From the NCBI RefSeq assembly GCF_042140275.1, contig NZ_CP159482.1: a DNA stretch of 24,000 nucleotides; one strand, written 5' to 3'. Below, one piece after another: positions 23,668-24,000 of the stretch. The notes beneath the pieces are model-generated. The model was not told the origin of the DNA, made no database searches, and saw only the letters and a list, made by a program, of their open reading frames with translations. Within the stretch, counting starts at the first letter, position 1; each line of letters opens with the position of its first letter. The DNA comes from Algihabitans albus. GTDB lineage: Bacteria > Pseudomonadota > Alphaproteobacteria > Kiloniellales > DSM-21159. The position numbers and the translations under genes are program-made.

Positions 23668-24000
23668 ATGGACGAGGTAAACGCGCGTCATCGCGAAAAG
23701 ATGAAGAAAATCAAAGCAGCGCGTGACCGGATGATGGAGGACAGGACCAAGGAAAAGGGCTTGATCATCGTCCTCACCGGTCCCGGCAAGGGCAAATCCT
23801 CCTCCGCCTTCGGCATGATCGTGCGCTGCATCGCACACGGCCTGCCCTGTGCCGTCGTCCAGTTCATCAAGGGGACCTGGGCGACCGGCGAGCGCGATTT
23901 CCTGCGCCAGAACTATGCGGAACAGTGCCGTTTCATCGTTGCCGGCGAGGGCTTTACCTGGGAAACGCAGGATCGCGAGCGCGACATGGCTGCCGCTCGG
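23668..24000 (+). CDS. cobO: Cob(I)yrinic acid a,c-diamide adenosyltransferase (partial; continues past the right edge)
   Basis: Absent from the track because there is no stop in the window. Manual translation from ATG 23668 (GGGAGG SD) gives MDEVNARHREKMKKIKAARDRMMEDRTKEKGLIIVLTGPGKGKSSSAFGMIVRCIAHGLPCAVVQFIKGTWATGERDFL. P-loop GPGKGKSS and the QFIKG motif are typical of CobO/BtuR. Confidence 0.88.
   Translation, partial: MDEVNARHREKMKKIKAARDRMMEDRTKEKGLIIVLTGPGKGKSSSAFGMIVRCIAHGLPCAVVQFIKGTWATGERDFLRQNYAEQCRFIVAGEGFTWETQDRERDMAAAR

Noticed and set aside
1-24000. Search for CRISPR arrays, tRNA/rRNA genes, IS elements, transposases, integrases and long direct repeats.
   Set aside because: Reading both strands by eye, I saw no regularly spaced repeats, tRNA-like cloverleaf signatures, transposase or integrase motifs, or terminal inverted repeats. 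Absence cannot be proven without software scans.

Overview
High-GC, alphaproteobacterium-like segment (taxon is inference only) with two contrasting parts.

**(A) Positions 1 to about 9300: accessory-looking block.** Nine co-directional minus-strand genes, in order of transcription:
- LuxR-type regulator, then LuxI-type acyl-homoserine-lactone synthase, then GntR/FadR-type regulator.
- LicC/PntC-like nucleotidyltransferase (copy 2), then a degenerate CDP-alcohol phosphatidyltransferase-like protein (copy 2).
- PEP mutase (EDKX5NS motif present), then a class-I aspartate-type aminotransferase.
- Nucleotidyltransferase (copy 1), then CDP-alcohol phosphatidyltransferase (copy 1, runs off the left edge).

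No phosphonopyruvate decarboxylase is visible. I read this as a candidate, apparently uncharacterised, phosphonate pathway. It may use a phosphonoalanine branch, with Kennedy-like nucleotide activation and transfer to a lipid or alcohol acceptor. It sits next to a quorum-sensing pair. Three sharply AT-rich islands (19-28% G+C by hand count) punctuate the block. The block ends in a decayed junction containing a truncated TetR fragment.

**(B) Positions 9379 to 24000: aerobic (late cobalt insertion) cobalamin locus.**
- cobF-cobA-cobB-cobM-cobE-cobL on the minus strand.
- cobK on the plus strand.
- cobJ-cobI-cobH-cobG-cobN-cobW plus a DUF1636-like gene on the minus strand, preceded by a cobalamin riboswitch.
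- cobO diverging on the plus strand, partial at the right edge.

**Method and limits.** The ORF track uses alternative start codons and gives many over-extended or antisense ORFs. I trimmed starts using ATG position, Shine-Dalgarno sequences, stop/start overlaps and paralog alignment. All family calls come from motif recognition by eye. No database search was run.
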